DNA of 64,000 nt, from contig CBDFIJ010000004.1 in the NCBI GenBank assembly GCA_965248055.1, positions 1,504,001 through 1,568,000 on the forward strand. Reading direction: 5' to 3'. Positions 9,671 through 19,443 of this stretch are shown in pieces (position 1 is the first letter of the stretch; every line of letters begins with the position of its first letter). Under the pieces are notes generated by a model. It was not told the origin of the DNA and searched no databases. It saw nothing but the letters and a program-made list of their open reading frames with translations. Position numbers and translations under genes: made by a program. The stretch comes from Candidatus Multivoradales bacterium (GTDB lineage: Bacteria > Acidobacteriota > Thermoanaerobaculia > Multivoradales > JAHEKO01).

Positions 9671-10574
9671 GGTTCTCCCGCCTCGTTCTTTCCACCGACT
9701 CAGTCCAAACTTCTTCCACCGCCAATCGGATCGGTCGCTCCGGTTTCCATCCAAGATCGGTGAGTTTGGTGTTGTTGGCTCTCAGGACCGGAACATCGAC
9801 CGGTCGAAAACGCTCAGGGTCGATCTCCGGTTGTACGTCTACACCTGATGTAGCCAAGAGAAGGTCCAACATCTGGCGGATCGAAGTTGTCTCACCGCGA
9901 CCCATGTTGTAGATCTCACTGTCCTTCCCCTGCTCAGCGACAAGGCGAAACGCGTCGACGGCGTCCTCCACATGGACGAAATCGCGTTGGGCTTCCAAGT
10001 TGCCGACCCGTAGGGAATCCTGCCGTCCCGCCTGAATATCGGCGAGTTGGCTGGCGAAACTCGGCAGAACAAACTCCGCAGATTGGCCTCGGCCAACAAT
10101 GTTGAACGCGCGCATCACCATCGCTCCACGTTCCAGACAAAGCCGCTCGGCCGCCGCTTTGGACATCGCGTAAGGGCTACGCGGATCGGGAGTTCGGTCC
10201 TCGGATATTGGCTGCTCGGAAGCTGGAACCTTGCCATACACCTCAGCTGAAGAAGCAAAAACCACTCGTCGACCGGTAGCCGCTCGTAGCAAATTCTCGG
10301 TGCCGAGCACATTGACCCGGAAATAGGCGCCAATCTGCTTCCACGACATGCCGACGTGGGACAGGCCACCCAAGTGAATGACCACTTCTGGGTCGACTTG
10401 TTCAACCACTTTGTGGAGAGCGTCGGCGTCCAAGAGATTCGCTTCGATCTCGCCGTCTCGGAGCTTGCGCGAGCCCGCTGCGGAAGTGCCAACGACCAAA
10501 TCGCCCAGCTCCCTGAGCCGTGCGACTAGCCGGGTACCGATGAAACCGGAGGATCCGGTGACGAGAACGCGCAC
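9657..10574 (-). CDS. GDP-4-keto-6-deoxy-sugar reductase (Rmd/DmhB-like extended SDR)
   Basis: GSSGFIG, ASSAEVYG, YAMSK, VGNLEAQRDF, RFRPVDVP. Confidence 0.75.
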   Translation of the reverse strand: MRVLVTGSSGFIGTRLVARLRELGDLVVGTSAAGSRKLRDGEIEANLLDADALHKVVEQVDPEVVIHLGGLSHVGMSWKQIGAYFRVNVLGTENLLRAATGRRVVFASSAEVYGKVPASEQPISEDRTPDPRSPYAMSKAAAERLCLERGAMVMRAFNIVGRGQSAEFVLPSFASQLADIQAGRQDSLRVGNLEAQRDFVHVEDAVDAFRLVAEQGKDSEIYNMGRGETTSIRQMLDLLLATSGVDVQPEIDPERFRPVDVPVLRANNTKLTDLGWKPERPIRLAVEEVWTESVERTRRENLETK

Positions 10575-10577
10575 TTA

Positions 10578-10847
10578 GTACTCCCTTCCACAAATACAGT
10601 GGCGTTTGCGGCAGGGTCTTGCGTGGCGAGGTTGGGGAGTGAGGAGAAGGCGATGCTGAGACATCGTAGACGACCAACGACCAAGAGATCGCCCGCAACC
10701 CCCTGCCGCCCGAGGGGTTGCAGTGGGACACCCCCATCTTCTGCGTTGCACCTCCTCGCCGATATCCCGTATCGACTCGTCGTCGCGCCTGGAATCCGGG
10801 GGCGTCGCGCTTGCAACAAACATCACTGTATTTGTGGAAGGAAGCAC
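10578..10847. mobile_element. MITE-like non-coding element with terminal inverted repeats
   Basis: Perfect 18-bp IR: CCTTCCACAAATACAGTG (10584-10601) and CACTGTATTTGTGGAAGG (10824-10841), extending imperfectly both ways. Flanked by TTA and CTA. Internal stems present; no transposase. Confidence 0.7.
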
Positions 10848-11828
10848 CTACGCAGGCTGTACGCGCGCTCGCCAGTAGTCCAAGGTGTCCTTGAGTGTCT
10901 TCTCAAAAGGAATCTCGGGCTTCCAGCCAGTTGCACGATGGAACTTGCTGTAGTCGCCCAACAAGACCTCGACATCGGAGGGACGTAACCGTTCTGGATC
11001 TACTTCCACTTGGACGTCAACGCTGGACATTGCCAGCAGGCGATCGAGCAGCTCGTGAATCGTGATCTCAATACCGCTGCAAAGATTGTAGACCTCTCCT
11101 GGCTCAGCTTTTTGGGTCGCCAGCCAGTAGCCACGCACCATGTCGCGGACGTCGGTGAAATCCCTAATCGCTTCTAGGTTGCCGACACGAATGACGGGAT
11201 CCCTGCGACCCGCCTCGATCTCTGCGATCTGCTTGGCAAAGTTGGAAGTCACGAACACTTCGCCACGACGGGGGCCGGTGTGGTTAAAACCGCGGGTCCG
11301 AATCGCCTTGGTGCCGTAGCTTTGGTGATACTGGTAGCCGAGAAAATCTTGCGCCACCTTGGACACCGCGTAGGGCGACAAAGGCCTCAGAGGGTTGGTC
11401 TCCTTGATCGGGACTTCGTCCGGCTTCACCAACCCGTACTCCTCGCTGGAACAAGCGATTTGCACCACGCTGTCGAGCTCCAACTCGCGCAACGCCTCAA
11501 AAATATGAATCTGGCCGATCACGTTGGTAGTCATGGTTTCCGACGGACCGGTCCAACTGGTGGGCACGAAACTTTGCGCCGCGAGATGAAAAATCACCTC
11601 CGGCCTCACCTTGGCCAAGCTCGCGTGTACCGAAGTGGAATCCCTGAGATCGGTTTCTACCAACTCGATCTGATCCCTGACTTGCTCCAGATTTTCCATT
11701 GGACTGCGCCAGCGATAGGTGCCGTACACCTCTACCTGTGGCTGCTCGGTGAGCAGATACTCCGCCAAATGCGATCCGGCAAAGCCGGTAATTCCTGTAA
11801 TTAAGGCTCTCAACCCAATACCTCCCAA
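10848..11828 (-). CDS. GDP-mannose/GDP-heptose 4,6-dehydratase family SDR
   Basis: ALITGITGFAGSHLAE, HLAAQSFV, CSSEEYG, YAVSK, NHTGPRRG, RLRPSDV. Confidence 0.85.
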   Translation of the reverse strand: MGGIGLRALITGITGFAGSHLAEYLLTEQPQVEVYGTYRWRSPMENLEQVRDQIELVETDLRDSTSVHASLAKVRPEVIFHLAAQSFVPTSWTGPSETMTTNVIGQIHIFEALRELELDSVVQIACSSEEYGLVKPDEVPIKETNPLRPLSPYAVSKVAQDFLGYQYHQSYGTKAIRTRGFNHTGPRRGEVFVTSNFAKQIAEIEAGRRDPVIRVGNLEAIRDFTDVRDMVRGYWLATQKAEPGEVYNLCSGIEITIHELLDRLLAMSSVDVQVEVDPERLRPSDVEVLLGDYSKFHRATGWKPEIPFEKTLKDTLDYWRARVQPA

Positions 11829-11843
11829 ATACTCGTCCCGTGG

Positions 11844-14507
11844 TTAGAAATTTCTTAATCCGGAATCGTCGTTGTTGCCAAACCCAAAGTCGAGAAACCT
11901 GCCAATATGTTTTAGCGACACCGCGATTCTAAATTGCTGATCGCGAATCTCTTGACGTACGCCCTCTAAGAACCCCAGTCGCCGACTCTCGCGAAACTCC
12001 AACAATAGGCTGGTACACGCGCCACGATATTCGGCGATATACCGCTGTCTTTGAATATCTGGTTCCGCTGGACGGGTCGCAGTGGCCTCATTCGGGTCGA
12101 GGTCTAAATTGACCGAACCGCTAAAGCGAATGCGGTCCCGGAAAGCAGACAGCCCTACTTGGACCCCCAACTGATCTGATGAAGTGTCCCCAGCAACAAT
12201 GCCCTTGACGGGGTCATCGACAATAAAAAACTGTCGGTTCCAACTCAGGCCGATGTAGTTGCGCTTCAGTGCATCAAACCCGAGGGTGCCTGACACCGAG
12301 TAGTTCAAGACCTCGTCAGCCAATGGACTGTATTTCATGTCAGCCCGCAAACTGGTCACCCTTGAAGGGTTGAACCGATAGCGCAGAGAAATTGGCCCGG
12401 ACTGATCGAAAATTGTTTCTGGTACCGGCTCACCCACCGCCGGAGCTTTGAAGCGGAGAGTTTGTAGCGGCTGTTCCTCGTCAAAACTGTACGACTGCAA
12501 AAGTTCCAAAGACATGATCTCCCGAGTTCCCACTGCCCGCAGCTCACGCAAACCTCCCGTCGAACGATCGGAGTTAAATGGGTTGTCCGACTCGGTATCG
12601 TCCGTTTCTGCTACTTCTATATCTGCCACTTTCTCGGCAGTCGTGGTGTCTTCAACATCGCTGTCCTTATCATCGCCTTGCGCTAGATCCTCCGACTCAA
12701 GCCCATCTACTACCTCGTCGCCCTCTTCTTCCTCAATGATCGACTTGGGCTTGCCAATCAGCCGGTGAATGATGCTGAAGGTCGCCGTGTGACGATCGCT
12801 CACGGTATCGATCTCGTCAAACCGTGGGGTTCGGTCCCGATCCTCTTTTTCCACCTCGTCGGCAAATGAGTAGACCAGGCGCGGCTCAATCACATGTTTG
12901 AACTTTTCAAAGCTTCCAAAGCTACGGTCAAATACCTTGGAAAACGACGGCCCGACAAACTCCGCGCCGACACTCGGAACCAAACGTGACAAAGCATCGC
13001 CCTCGATCAAACCCACCGTCGAAACGTCCTCTGGTTGGTCGCTCGCCAGGATTTTGGTTTTTTGATACCAGGTACTGCGAGCGCCTGCGCGCAGGCTGAC
13101 CGAGAACCACGGCACGGTATCGATCGGCACCGTGATCTGTGGCTCAAGGTTAAGCCTTGCGTACTCGGTCGAACGTTTCTCTTTGGTCGGGTCGTCGAAT
13201 CTCTTCTCTGAGCTCAAATAGTGCGCTGCACCCTTGAGCTGAAAGTAGAGCGGAAGCTCGCCCACTTGCACCGAACGCAACCGATACTCGAACTCCGGCA
13301 ACTGGCGTTGAATCTGGGACGAATTGTCCAGCAATGTTTCCCGTTGATCTAGACGCAAATTCATCGAATGGGGGCCCCAGGCACCGGTCACGTAGGCCTT
13401 AGACTGCCAACTCCGTCGAGTGTTTCGGCCAAGATCTCGGTCAAAAGCGCGAAAGAATTCAATGTCAGAGAAATCGACGAAATCGATAAATCCACGCATA
13501 CCTCCGGGAAGATCGCTAGTCTCATGCTCGACGCGGATTCTATGTTGGGTTTCGCCTGCCACGCCGTCGTCAATAAAGCGTGCTCGAACGTAACCCCGGC
13601 TTCGCTGACTCGGGTGGTAACGAAACTCAGCACCGTAACCGAGAAAATCCTCACTGAAGAGATCGACTTGAACCGTCGCATCGTAGCTGGGTCCAAAGGT
13701 CTGAAACCAGGCCAGACCCAAATTGTCGCCGTGGATCTCCGAGTGAGAGTAGCTGGGCATCAACAGACCCGACGTACGCTTGCTCCTGACCGGAAAGAGC
13801 AGATACGGACTGTAGAACACAGGCAATTTTTTCGCGCGCATCGTGACGTTGGAGGCGCGAGCGTAGCCATCGACATTGATCTTCGCTTTGCCTGTGCGGA
13901 AGCTCCACGCCGGAACGTCGCCCTCACACGCGGAAAACAACCCATGGTCGACAACGTAGAGACCCTCTCCGGTTTTTTCCAAAAATTGGGCGCGAAAGTA
14001 CATATCGGGAACCAAGCTGGCGACGACTTCCTCCATGGTGCCGGTTCTGTCATTCAGGTCGTAGACCAACTTGGATGCTCCGTAGCGATTTGGCCCTTCA
14101 TCCAGCACCACATCGCCGACCGCAGTCACTATTCGAGTCGGCAGGTCGAAGTCAATTTGCTCAGCCTGGATCTTTAGGTTGCCGTAGGAAATCTCGACGC
14201 CGCCCAGAAAAACAATTGTGTTGTCTCCCCTGCGTATCACTTCGTCGGCGGCTCCCCGGATTTGGCCGCCGCCCTGCTCCTCGCTAATCGGCACCACAAA
14301 CTCGGTCTTCGGGTCCGGCGGTTCCAACTCCACCTCAAGCTCGGACGCAAGCAAATCGGATTCGTTCTCCGATTCCCCCGCATCCCCCGGTCGGGCCCTT
14401 TCTTGAGAACGGCCTTCCGGAGATCCCTCCCGCTCCTGGCCGTACCCGATCGCAGTCAGGCTTAGGAAACCGACCAAGAAAACCAGAAATCTCCCCCGTA
14501 CAGCCAT
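11844..14507 (-). CDS. lptD: LPS-assembly outer-membrane protein LptD
   Basis: Signal peptide, N-terminal OstA jelly-roll, FSAC..PAW motif, LPVFYSPYLLFPV..RTSGLLMPS, beta-barrel, terminal Phe. Confidence 0.85.
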   Translation of the reverse strand: MAVRGRFLVFLVGFLSLTAIGYGQEREGSPEGRSQERARPGDAGESENESDLLASELEVELEPPDPKTEFVVPISEEQGGGQIRGAADEVIRRGDNTIVFLGGVEISYGNLKIQAEQIDFDLPTRIVTAVGDVVLDEGPNRYGASKLVYDLNDRTGTMEEVVASLVPDMYFRAQFLEKTGEGLYVVDHGLFSACEGDVPAWSFRTGKAKINVDGYARASNVTMRAKKLPVFYSPYLLFPVRSKRTSGLLMPSYSHSEIHGDNLGLAWFQTFGPSYDATVQVDLFSEDFLGYGAEFRYHPSQRSRGYVRARFIDDGVAGETQHRIRVEHETSDLPGGMRGFIDFVDFSDIEFFRAFDRDLGRNTRRSWQSKAYVTGAWGPHSMNLRLDQRETLLDNSSQIQRQLPEFEYRLRSVQVGELPLYFQLKGAAHYLSSEKRFDDPTKEKRSTEYARLNLEPQITVPIDTVPWFSVSLRAGARSTWYQKTKILASDQPEDVSTVGLIEGDALSRLVPSVGAEFVGPSFSKVFDRSFGSFEKFKHVIEPRLVYSFADEVEKEDRDRTPRFDEIDTVSDRHTATFSIIHRLIGKPKSIIEEEEGDEVVDGLESEDLAQGDDKDSDVEDTTTAEKVADIEVAETDDTESDNPFNSDRSTGGLRELRAVGTREIMSLELLQSYSFDEEQPLQTLRFKAPAVGEPVPETIFDQSGPISLRYRFNPSRVTSLRADMKYSPLADEVLNYSVSGTLGFDALKRNYIGLSWNRQFFIVDDPVKGIVAGDTSSDQLGVQVGLSAFRDRIRFSGSVNLDLDPNEATATRPAEPDIQRQRYIAEYRGACTSLLLEFRESRRLGFLEGVRQEIRDQQFRIAVSLKHIGRFLDFGFGNNDDSGLRNF

Positions 14508-15685
14508 CAGTCAATCCTTTCCACTAGGACAGCGGTCGCTTCACCGCCTCCGATGCAAATTGCGGCGATTCCCCGGCGTGCGTTTCGCTCCTGCATCGCA
14601 TGCAGCAGAGTCACCACAATACGTGCTCCAGATGCTCCAATTGGGTGACCAATAGCTACCGCGCCACCACGTACGTTGACGATACTGGGATCAATCGACA
14701 TCTCTTGGACAAATGCCATGGTCACCACGGCAAAGGCCTCGTTGACCTCCCAAAGGTCAATGTCCTCAGCCGTCAACCCTTGGCGGTCTAGCAACCGGCC
14801 GACTGCGGCAACCGGAGCGGTGGTGAACCACTCAGGTTCGTGCGCGTACGAGGCCTGGCCAGCCAACCTCGCTATCGGTGTCGCCCCCAACTCTCGTGCC
14901 CGCTGAGCGCTGGCAACGATTAACGCAGCGGCTCCGTCGTTTATTTTGCTTGCGTTAGCAGCGGTTACCGTCCCATCACTCTGAAATGCCGGACGCAACT
15001 GGGGCATCTTCTCCAACCGAACGCGCCCGGGCTCTTCATCAACTTCGACCACCGTGTCACCGCGTCGGGCCTGAATCGTCACCGGTACAATCTCGGAGCC
15101 CACGGTCCCTAGTTCCTGTGCTTCTAGCGCTCGCCGATAGCTCTCGCGAGCGAACTCGTCCTGCTGCTCCCTGGAAAACTGGTATTTCTCGGCGCACAGC
15201 TCGGCACAGTTACCCATGTGCTTGTAGCCGTAGGGATCCCACAGTCCGTCGTGAATCATCGAGTCAACCAACTTGCCGTGGCCAAGCCGCAATCCGTCTC
15301 TCGCTCCAAGCACCAAATAGGGAGCCTGGCTCATCGACTCCATCCCTCCGGCGACCGCAAGCTCAATGTCTTCGCAGCGAATGTCGTTGCCCGCCATCAT
15401 CAGGGCGCGCATCCCAGAACCGCAGACCTTGTTGACCGTTACCGCACCGACGCCGGATGGACAACCGGCCCCCAAAGCCGCCTGTCGAGCGGGAGCCTGT
15501 CCCAAACCGGCTGGAAGTACGCACCCCATGTACACCTGATCAAGTTGTCCTGACTCGATCCCGGTCCGCTCAATAGCACCAGCCACGGCTACCGAACCGA
15601 GTTGCGGCGCAGTGGCAGCGGAAAGAGCACCTTGAAACGCGCCGATCGGTGTTCGTGCGGCGCTGAGGATGACGACTTCTTGCAT
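14507..15685 (-). CDS. Acetyl-CoA C-acetyltransferase (thiolase)
   Basis: VNKVCGSGM, GGMESMS, NEAFA, GHPIGASG, ICIGGGE. Start ATG 15685 (MQEVVIL). Stop overlaps the lptD start. Confidence 0.95.
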   Translation of the reverse strand: MQEVVILSAARTPIGAFQGALSAATAPQLGSVAVAGAIERTGIESGQLDQVYMGCVLPAGLGQAPARQAALGAGCPSGVGAVTVNKVCGSGMRALMMAGNDIRCEDIELAVAGGMESMSQAPYLVLGARDGLRLGHGKLVDSMIHDGLWDPYGYKHMGNCAELCAEKYQFSREQQDEFARESYRRALEAQELGTVGSEIVPVTIQARRGDTVVEVDEEPGRVRLEKMPQLRPAFQSDGTVTAANASKINDGAAALIVASAQRARELGATPIARLAGQASYAHEPEWFTTAPVAAVGRLLDRQGLTAEDIDLWEVNEAFAVVTMAFVQEMSIDPSIVNVRGGAVAIGHPIGASGARIVVTLLHAMQERNARRGIAAICIGGGEATAVLVERID

Positions 15686-15798
15686 GAAAAATAGCTGCCA
15701 GGATAGGCCTGTTAGGCGGCAAATCGTAGCACAGACGCTGCTTCCGGCGAGAGCCGCAAATCGCACCCAGAGCGACCGCTTCACGATATCCTCCCGAG

Positions 15799-16215
15799 GT
15801 GAAAAGTCTCGCCATTGACTTCGGAGAAAGGAAGATTGGCCTTGCGATCTCTGACCCAGAAGGTCGCGTCGCAGTCGCGGCGCCTGGAGTCCATCGAGAT
15901 AGCGATCGCCAGGCCATCGAAGCCATTCAGGATTTCGCAGTGAAGGAAAAAATCGAACGTATCGTTGTTGGCCTTCCGCTATCCGCAGATGGCGGCTCTG
16001 GTGCGGCAGTGAAGCGATTCCGGTCGTTTGCTAAGAAACTCAGACGGACGCTACAGCTTCCGGTTGAGTTTCGCAACGAAGCTTTGACCTCACTGGCTGC
16101 TGACCAGCTGATTGCGGCGCAACAACTCAAGACCGAGGAGAACGATTCGGTCGCCGCCATGATTCTGCTACAGGAGGTCCTCGACGAGGCTTCAAAAGGG
16201 GAACCCTCCCGATGA
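15799..16215 (+). CDS. ruvX: YqgF/RuvX nuclease (pre-16S processing / resolvase-like)
   Basis: LAIDFGERKIGLAISD, IVVGLP, NEALTS, DSVAAMILLQ. Confidence 0.9.
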   Translation: MKSLAIDFGERKIGLAISDPEGRVAVAAPGVHRDSDRQAIEAIQDFAVKEKIERIVVGLPLSADGGSGAAVKRFRSFAKKLRRTLQLPVEFRNEALTSLAADQLIAAQQLKTEENDSVAAMILLQEVLDEASKGEPSR

Positions 16216-17273
16216 AGCGGTTTGTTTGGCTCCTGGTTTTCGGCTTGGTAGTGGTGATCGCAGCCGGTGGGATCTGGTTATGGATGGGCTGGACCAGCCT
16301 GCATCGGCCCGTCAGCCAAAGCGCATCTGCCGATTACACGGCTATTCAGGTGGAGATCCAGGCTGGAACTTCGGCGCGATCGATCATCGATCAACTGGCA
16401 ACTGCGGGAGCTTTGCCAAAAGCTCCGTTCCCCGAGCTGTTTTACCGCTTTGTTCTGGAGAGTCCACCGTTGCAAGCCGGGGAGTATTCAATCCCTTCCG
16501 GCACCACCGCCGTCGGCGTTTTCGAAAAGCTCACTTCAGGTGACGTAGTGACCCGCCCATTGGTGATCATCGAAGGGTTGACGGTGGCTGAGATCGCGAC
16601 CGCAGTAGAGCAACAGGGTTTCGGCTCGGCAGAAGAATTCCTTGCCGCCGCCACACCCGATTTGATTCAGCAATTAGACCCCGATGCCCCTGACTTGGAA
16701 GGCTACCTATTCCCCGATACCTACCAGTTCCCGCGCAGCGCAGGTGCTCTAGATATCGTGCAAACGATGATTCAGACCTTTGGCCAACGGACCCAATTGC
16801 TGCGTAGCCAACTCGACGGAGTTGGACTTCGAGACCTGGTGACTTTGGCCTCGATCGTCGAAAAAGAGACCCAAAACAACAGCGAACGTGCCTTGGTTGC
16901 CGGGGTCTATCGCAATCGATTGGATCAAGGAATTGGGCTGTACGCAGACCCAACCATCATCTTCGCCTTGAAAAAGAACGATACCTGGGATGGCAATCTG
17001 CGCAAGAGCGATTTGCAAATCGAGTCGCCCTACAACACCTATCGGGTGCACGGTTTACCCCCGGGACCGATTTGCTCCCCGGGACTCTTAAGTCTTGAAG
17101 CCGCGGCCCATCCTTCCCCACAGCCCTACTTGTACTTTGTTAGCCGCAATGACGGAACCCACGTCTTTGCTCGTACCTTGCGCGAGCACAATCGCAATGT
17201 AGCCACTTGGCAAAGGGAATATTGGCGCAAGAAGTGGCAGGAAAAACCGGCCACTGGACAGGCTGTGCGGTGA
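16212..17273 (+). CDS. mltG: Endolytic transglycosylase MltG
   Basis: N-terminal TM; LEGYLFPDTY, LASIVEKE, LYADPT, SPYNTY..GLPPGPI, YLYFV. Confidence 0.95.
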   Translation: MKRFVWLLVFGLVVVIAAGGIWLWMGWTSLHRPVSQSASADYTAIQVEIQAGTSARSIIDQLATAGALPKAPFPELFYRFVLESPPLQAGEYSIPSGTTAVGVFEKLTSGDVVTRPLVIIEGLTVAEIATAVEQQGFGSAEEFLAAATPDLIQQLDPDAPDLEGYLFPDTYQFPRSAGALDIVQTMIQTFGQRTQLLRSQLDGVGLRDLVTLASIVEKETQNNSERALVAGVYRNRLDQGIGLYADPTIIFALKKNDTWDGNLRKSDLQIESPYNTYRVHGLPPGPICSPGLLSLEAAAHPSPQPYLYFVSRNDGTHVFARTLREHNRNVATWQREYWRKKWQEKPATGQAVR

Positions 17274-17282
17274 TCGCATTTA

Positions 17283-17311
17283 TTGACATCCTGACGCCTC
17301 GACGGTAAAGC
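17283..17311 (+). promoter_or_regulatory. Putative sigma70 promoter of the pseudokinase-TonB gene
   Basis: TTGACA-N17-TAAAGC, followed by a GAGGAG Shine-Dalgarno before ATG 17363. Confidence 0.45.
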
Positions 17312-17362
17312 TATCGTGCTGTCCGACGGAGAATTTGCCTGACAAACGCTGAGGAGCGCATT

Positions 17363-19372
17363 ATGGACGAACAACAATTTGGTCGGTATTCGCTGCTGCG
17401 GCGACTCAGCCAGGATGCTTTTGGCTCGTTGTATCGCGCTGGGCTGGTGGCAAACGGAGGCGTCGCCGAGTTGGTCTTACTACGCACCTTCGACGTTCCT
17501 TCGTCAGATCAGGATGAAATCCGGCAACGGCTCGCAAACGCTGTTGCCGGCCCCGGTACCCCTAGTCTGCCAGCCGCGACCGATCGCGGAGTGATTGACG
17601 GAACCGCGTTTCTTACCTATCCATACACCTCCGGACGCACGATGCGAGACCTACTTCAGGAATTGGAGCGGCGTGGCACTGCCTTGCCGGTGGAGCACTG
17701 TTTGTTTCTGGTTGACAGCATCTGTAAGACCGGTGAAGCGTATGCGCGCGCGGTGGGATCCTCAGGGGTGGTTTTTCCTGAAACGGTCTATCTGTCTAAC
17801 GACGGCGACATCCAAATCCTGGGCCGTGAACTTGCTGGGGAGACGATTACCTCACTGGCAAGCTCGATGGGACTCAGCGACTACCTAACTCCTGAGGCGG
17901 CGACAAGCGGAGTCAACGACGACGTCTACGCAATATCTGCGCTACTGCATGAAATGGCGGGAGAGAACGCCCCGAGCGAGGTACTAGATCTGGTGGCACA
18001 GGGCCACCAAAGCGCCGCAGATCAACGTCCCTCTTTAGAGACCTGGCGAATCAACCTGGAACAAGTCATGTTCTCGATGCCCGAGTCGTCTTCGGCTTTC
18101 AACGTCGCATTCTTTCTCTATGGCCTGCTAATCAATGAGATTGAGGAAGACACGCGGCGCATCGAGACGGAAAAAATATCCCTGGGGGCACAACCCGCTA
18201 GCGCAACCGCGGGCGCTGTCGACCCAGTCGTCAGTAGCCCGGCGTCTGCACACGTGGTAACAGTAGGGTCGGCCAAAAAGCGTTCAGGATTGCCGATGCC
18301 GCTGATTCTGGCTGCGGGCGTAGTAGCCCTGGCATTGCTGGGCTACTTTGGTTGGTCGATGTTTGGTCCAAACAGCCAAGACTCAGCCGATCAAACCCAA
18401 TCTGCTGCCGTTGATCCGCTCCTGAAAGTTGAAACCGGTGTCGGCGTAACGCCGCAGATCAACGACGCAAACCCGACGGAAGTCGGCGCTGAAATTGTCG
18501 CTGTCGATGAAGAATCCGGGGATCAAGGATCTTCGTCCGCAAATCCTGAAAACGAAGCTTCGGGCCCGCAACCAGGCACTGGCACGGTAGGCACCAGCGC
18601 AGATTCGTCGGCTCCGACCAATGCCAACCAGCCGGCACTCAGCCAGCCAGTGGTGTCCACCCCGGCCACCACCAGAGGTCCTGGCAGTGGGGTGCTGATG
18701 AGCAGCCCACAACGGTACACGAAAGCAGCCAGTGCCAGCGGTGCTCTCGGCCAAGATCTTCCCGAACCCCCGCCTTCCGACGCCGAATTGGAGACACAGA
18801 TTCAACAGTTGGCGGCAGCCAAGTCTGCTGAAGTAGAAGCCAGTATCCGCAAAGAGTACGAATCGGACCTTGAGGAACTAGAAAAGAGACTGCAAGAGGC
18901 GCAAGAGACACAAAAACGGCAAGAAGAAGAGAGACTGGCCCAAGTCGCGGCTGACGAAGAAAAGAAGCGTCTCGCCGCCGAGGCAGAGACCGCGCGCAAA
19001 GCTCAAGAAGAAAAAGCTGCTGCTGAAGCGGCGTCCGCTGCTGCCGCGGTCGAGTTGGCCAAAGCAAAACTGGGCGATCTGGTGACCGACGGGCCAGGCG
19101 TGACCCCAGCGACCATGACCAAGCGGCCAGAGCCAGTGTTTCCTCGCATGGCGCAACGGCTAGGACGGGCAGCGACCGTCAACGTGCGAATCCTGGTGGA
19201 TGAAAACGGCAGGGTGGCGGACACGCAGCTGATAAGCGAAAAAGCTGGTTTCGGATTTGACGAAGCGGCGCTCGCGGCAGCAAAAAAGACCGAGTGGAAG
19301 CCAGCCTCGAAAGACGGCGTCAACGTCAAGATATGGCGTACCGTACGTATCGTTTTTGATCCGGCGAACTGA
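17363..19372 (+). CDS. Pseudokinase - TM - low-complexity/coiled-coil linker - TonB C-terminal domain fusion
   Basis: N-terminal kinase-like fold (FGRYSLLRRL..FGSLYRA, YLTPE, DDVYAISALLHEM); TM near aa 312-332; EEEKKR coiled coil; TonB_C (PVFPRMAQRLG, ILVDENGRV, GFGFDEAAL, WKPASKDG). Confidence 0.8.
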   Translation: MDEQQFGRYSLLRRLSQDAFGSLYRAGLVANGGVAELVLLRTFDVPSSDQDEIRQRLANAVAGPGTPSLPAATDRGVIDGTAFLTYPYTSGRTMRDLLQELERRGTALPVEHCLFLVDSICKTGEAYARAVGSSGVVFPETVYLSNDGDIQILGRELAGETITSLASSMGLSDYLTPEAATSGVNDDVYAISALLHEMAGENAPSEVLDLVAQGHQSAADQRPSLETWRINLEQVMFSMPESSSAFNVAFFLYGLLINEIEEDTRRIETEKISLGAQPASATAGAVDPVVSSPASAHVVTVGSAKKRSGLPMPLILAAGVVALALLGYFGWSMFGPNSQDSADQTQSAAVDPLLKVETGVGVTPQINDANPTEVGAEIVAVDEESGDQGSSSANPENEASGPQPGTGTVGTSADSSAPTNANQPALSQPVVSTPATTRGPGSGVLMSSPQRYTKAASASGALGQDLPEPPPSDAELETQIQQLAAAKSAEVEASIRKEYESDLEELEKRLQEAQETQKRQEEERLAQVAADEEKKRLAAEAETARKAQEEKAAAEAASAAAAVELAKAKLGDLVTDGPGVTPATMTKRPEPVFPRMAQRLGRAATVNVRILVDENGRVADTQLISEKAGFGFDEAALAAAKKTEWKPASKDGVNVKIWRTVRIVFDPAN

Positions 19373-19443
19373 GCACCTCTGCAGCAGACTCCGGCATTCC
19401 TTGCTATTCTAAGGGATAGGTTTTCGCAGTATAAGGAGATGGT

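Noticed and set aside
10575-10988. ORFs 10575-10847(-) and 10599-10988(+) over the inverted-repeat element
   Set aside because: No protein-like features or transposase motifs; they are by-products of the GC-rich palindromic element.
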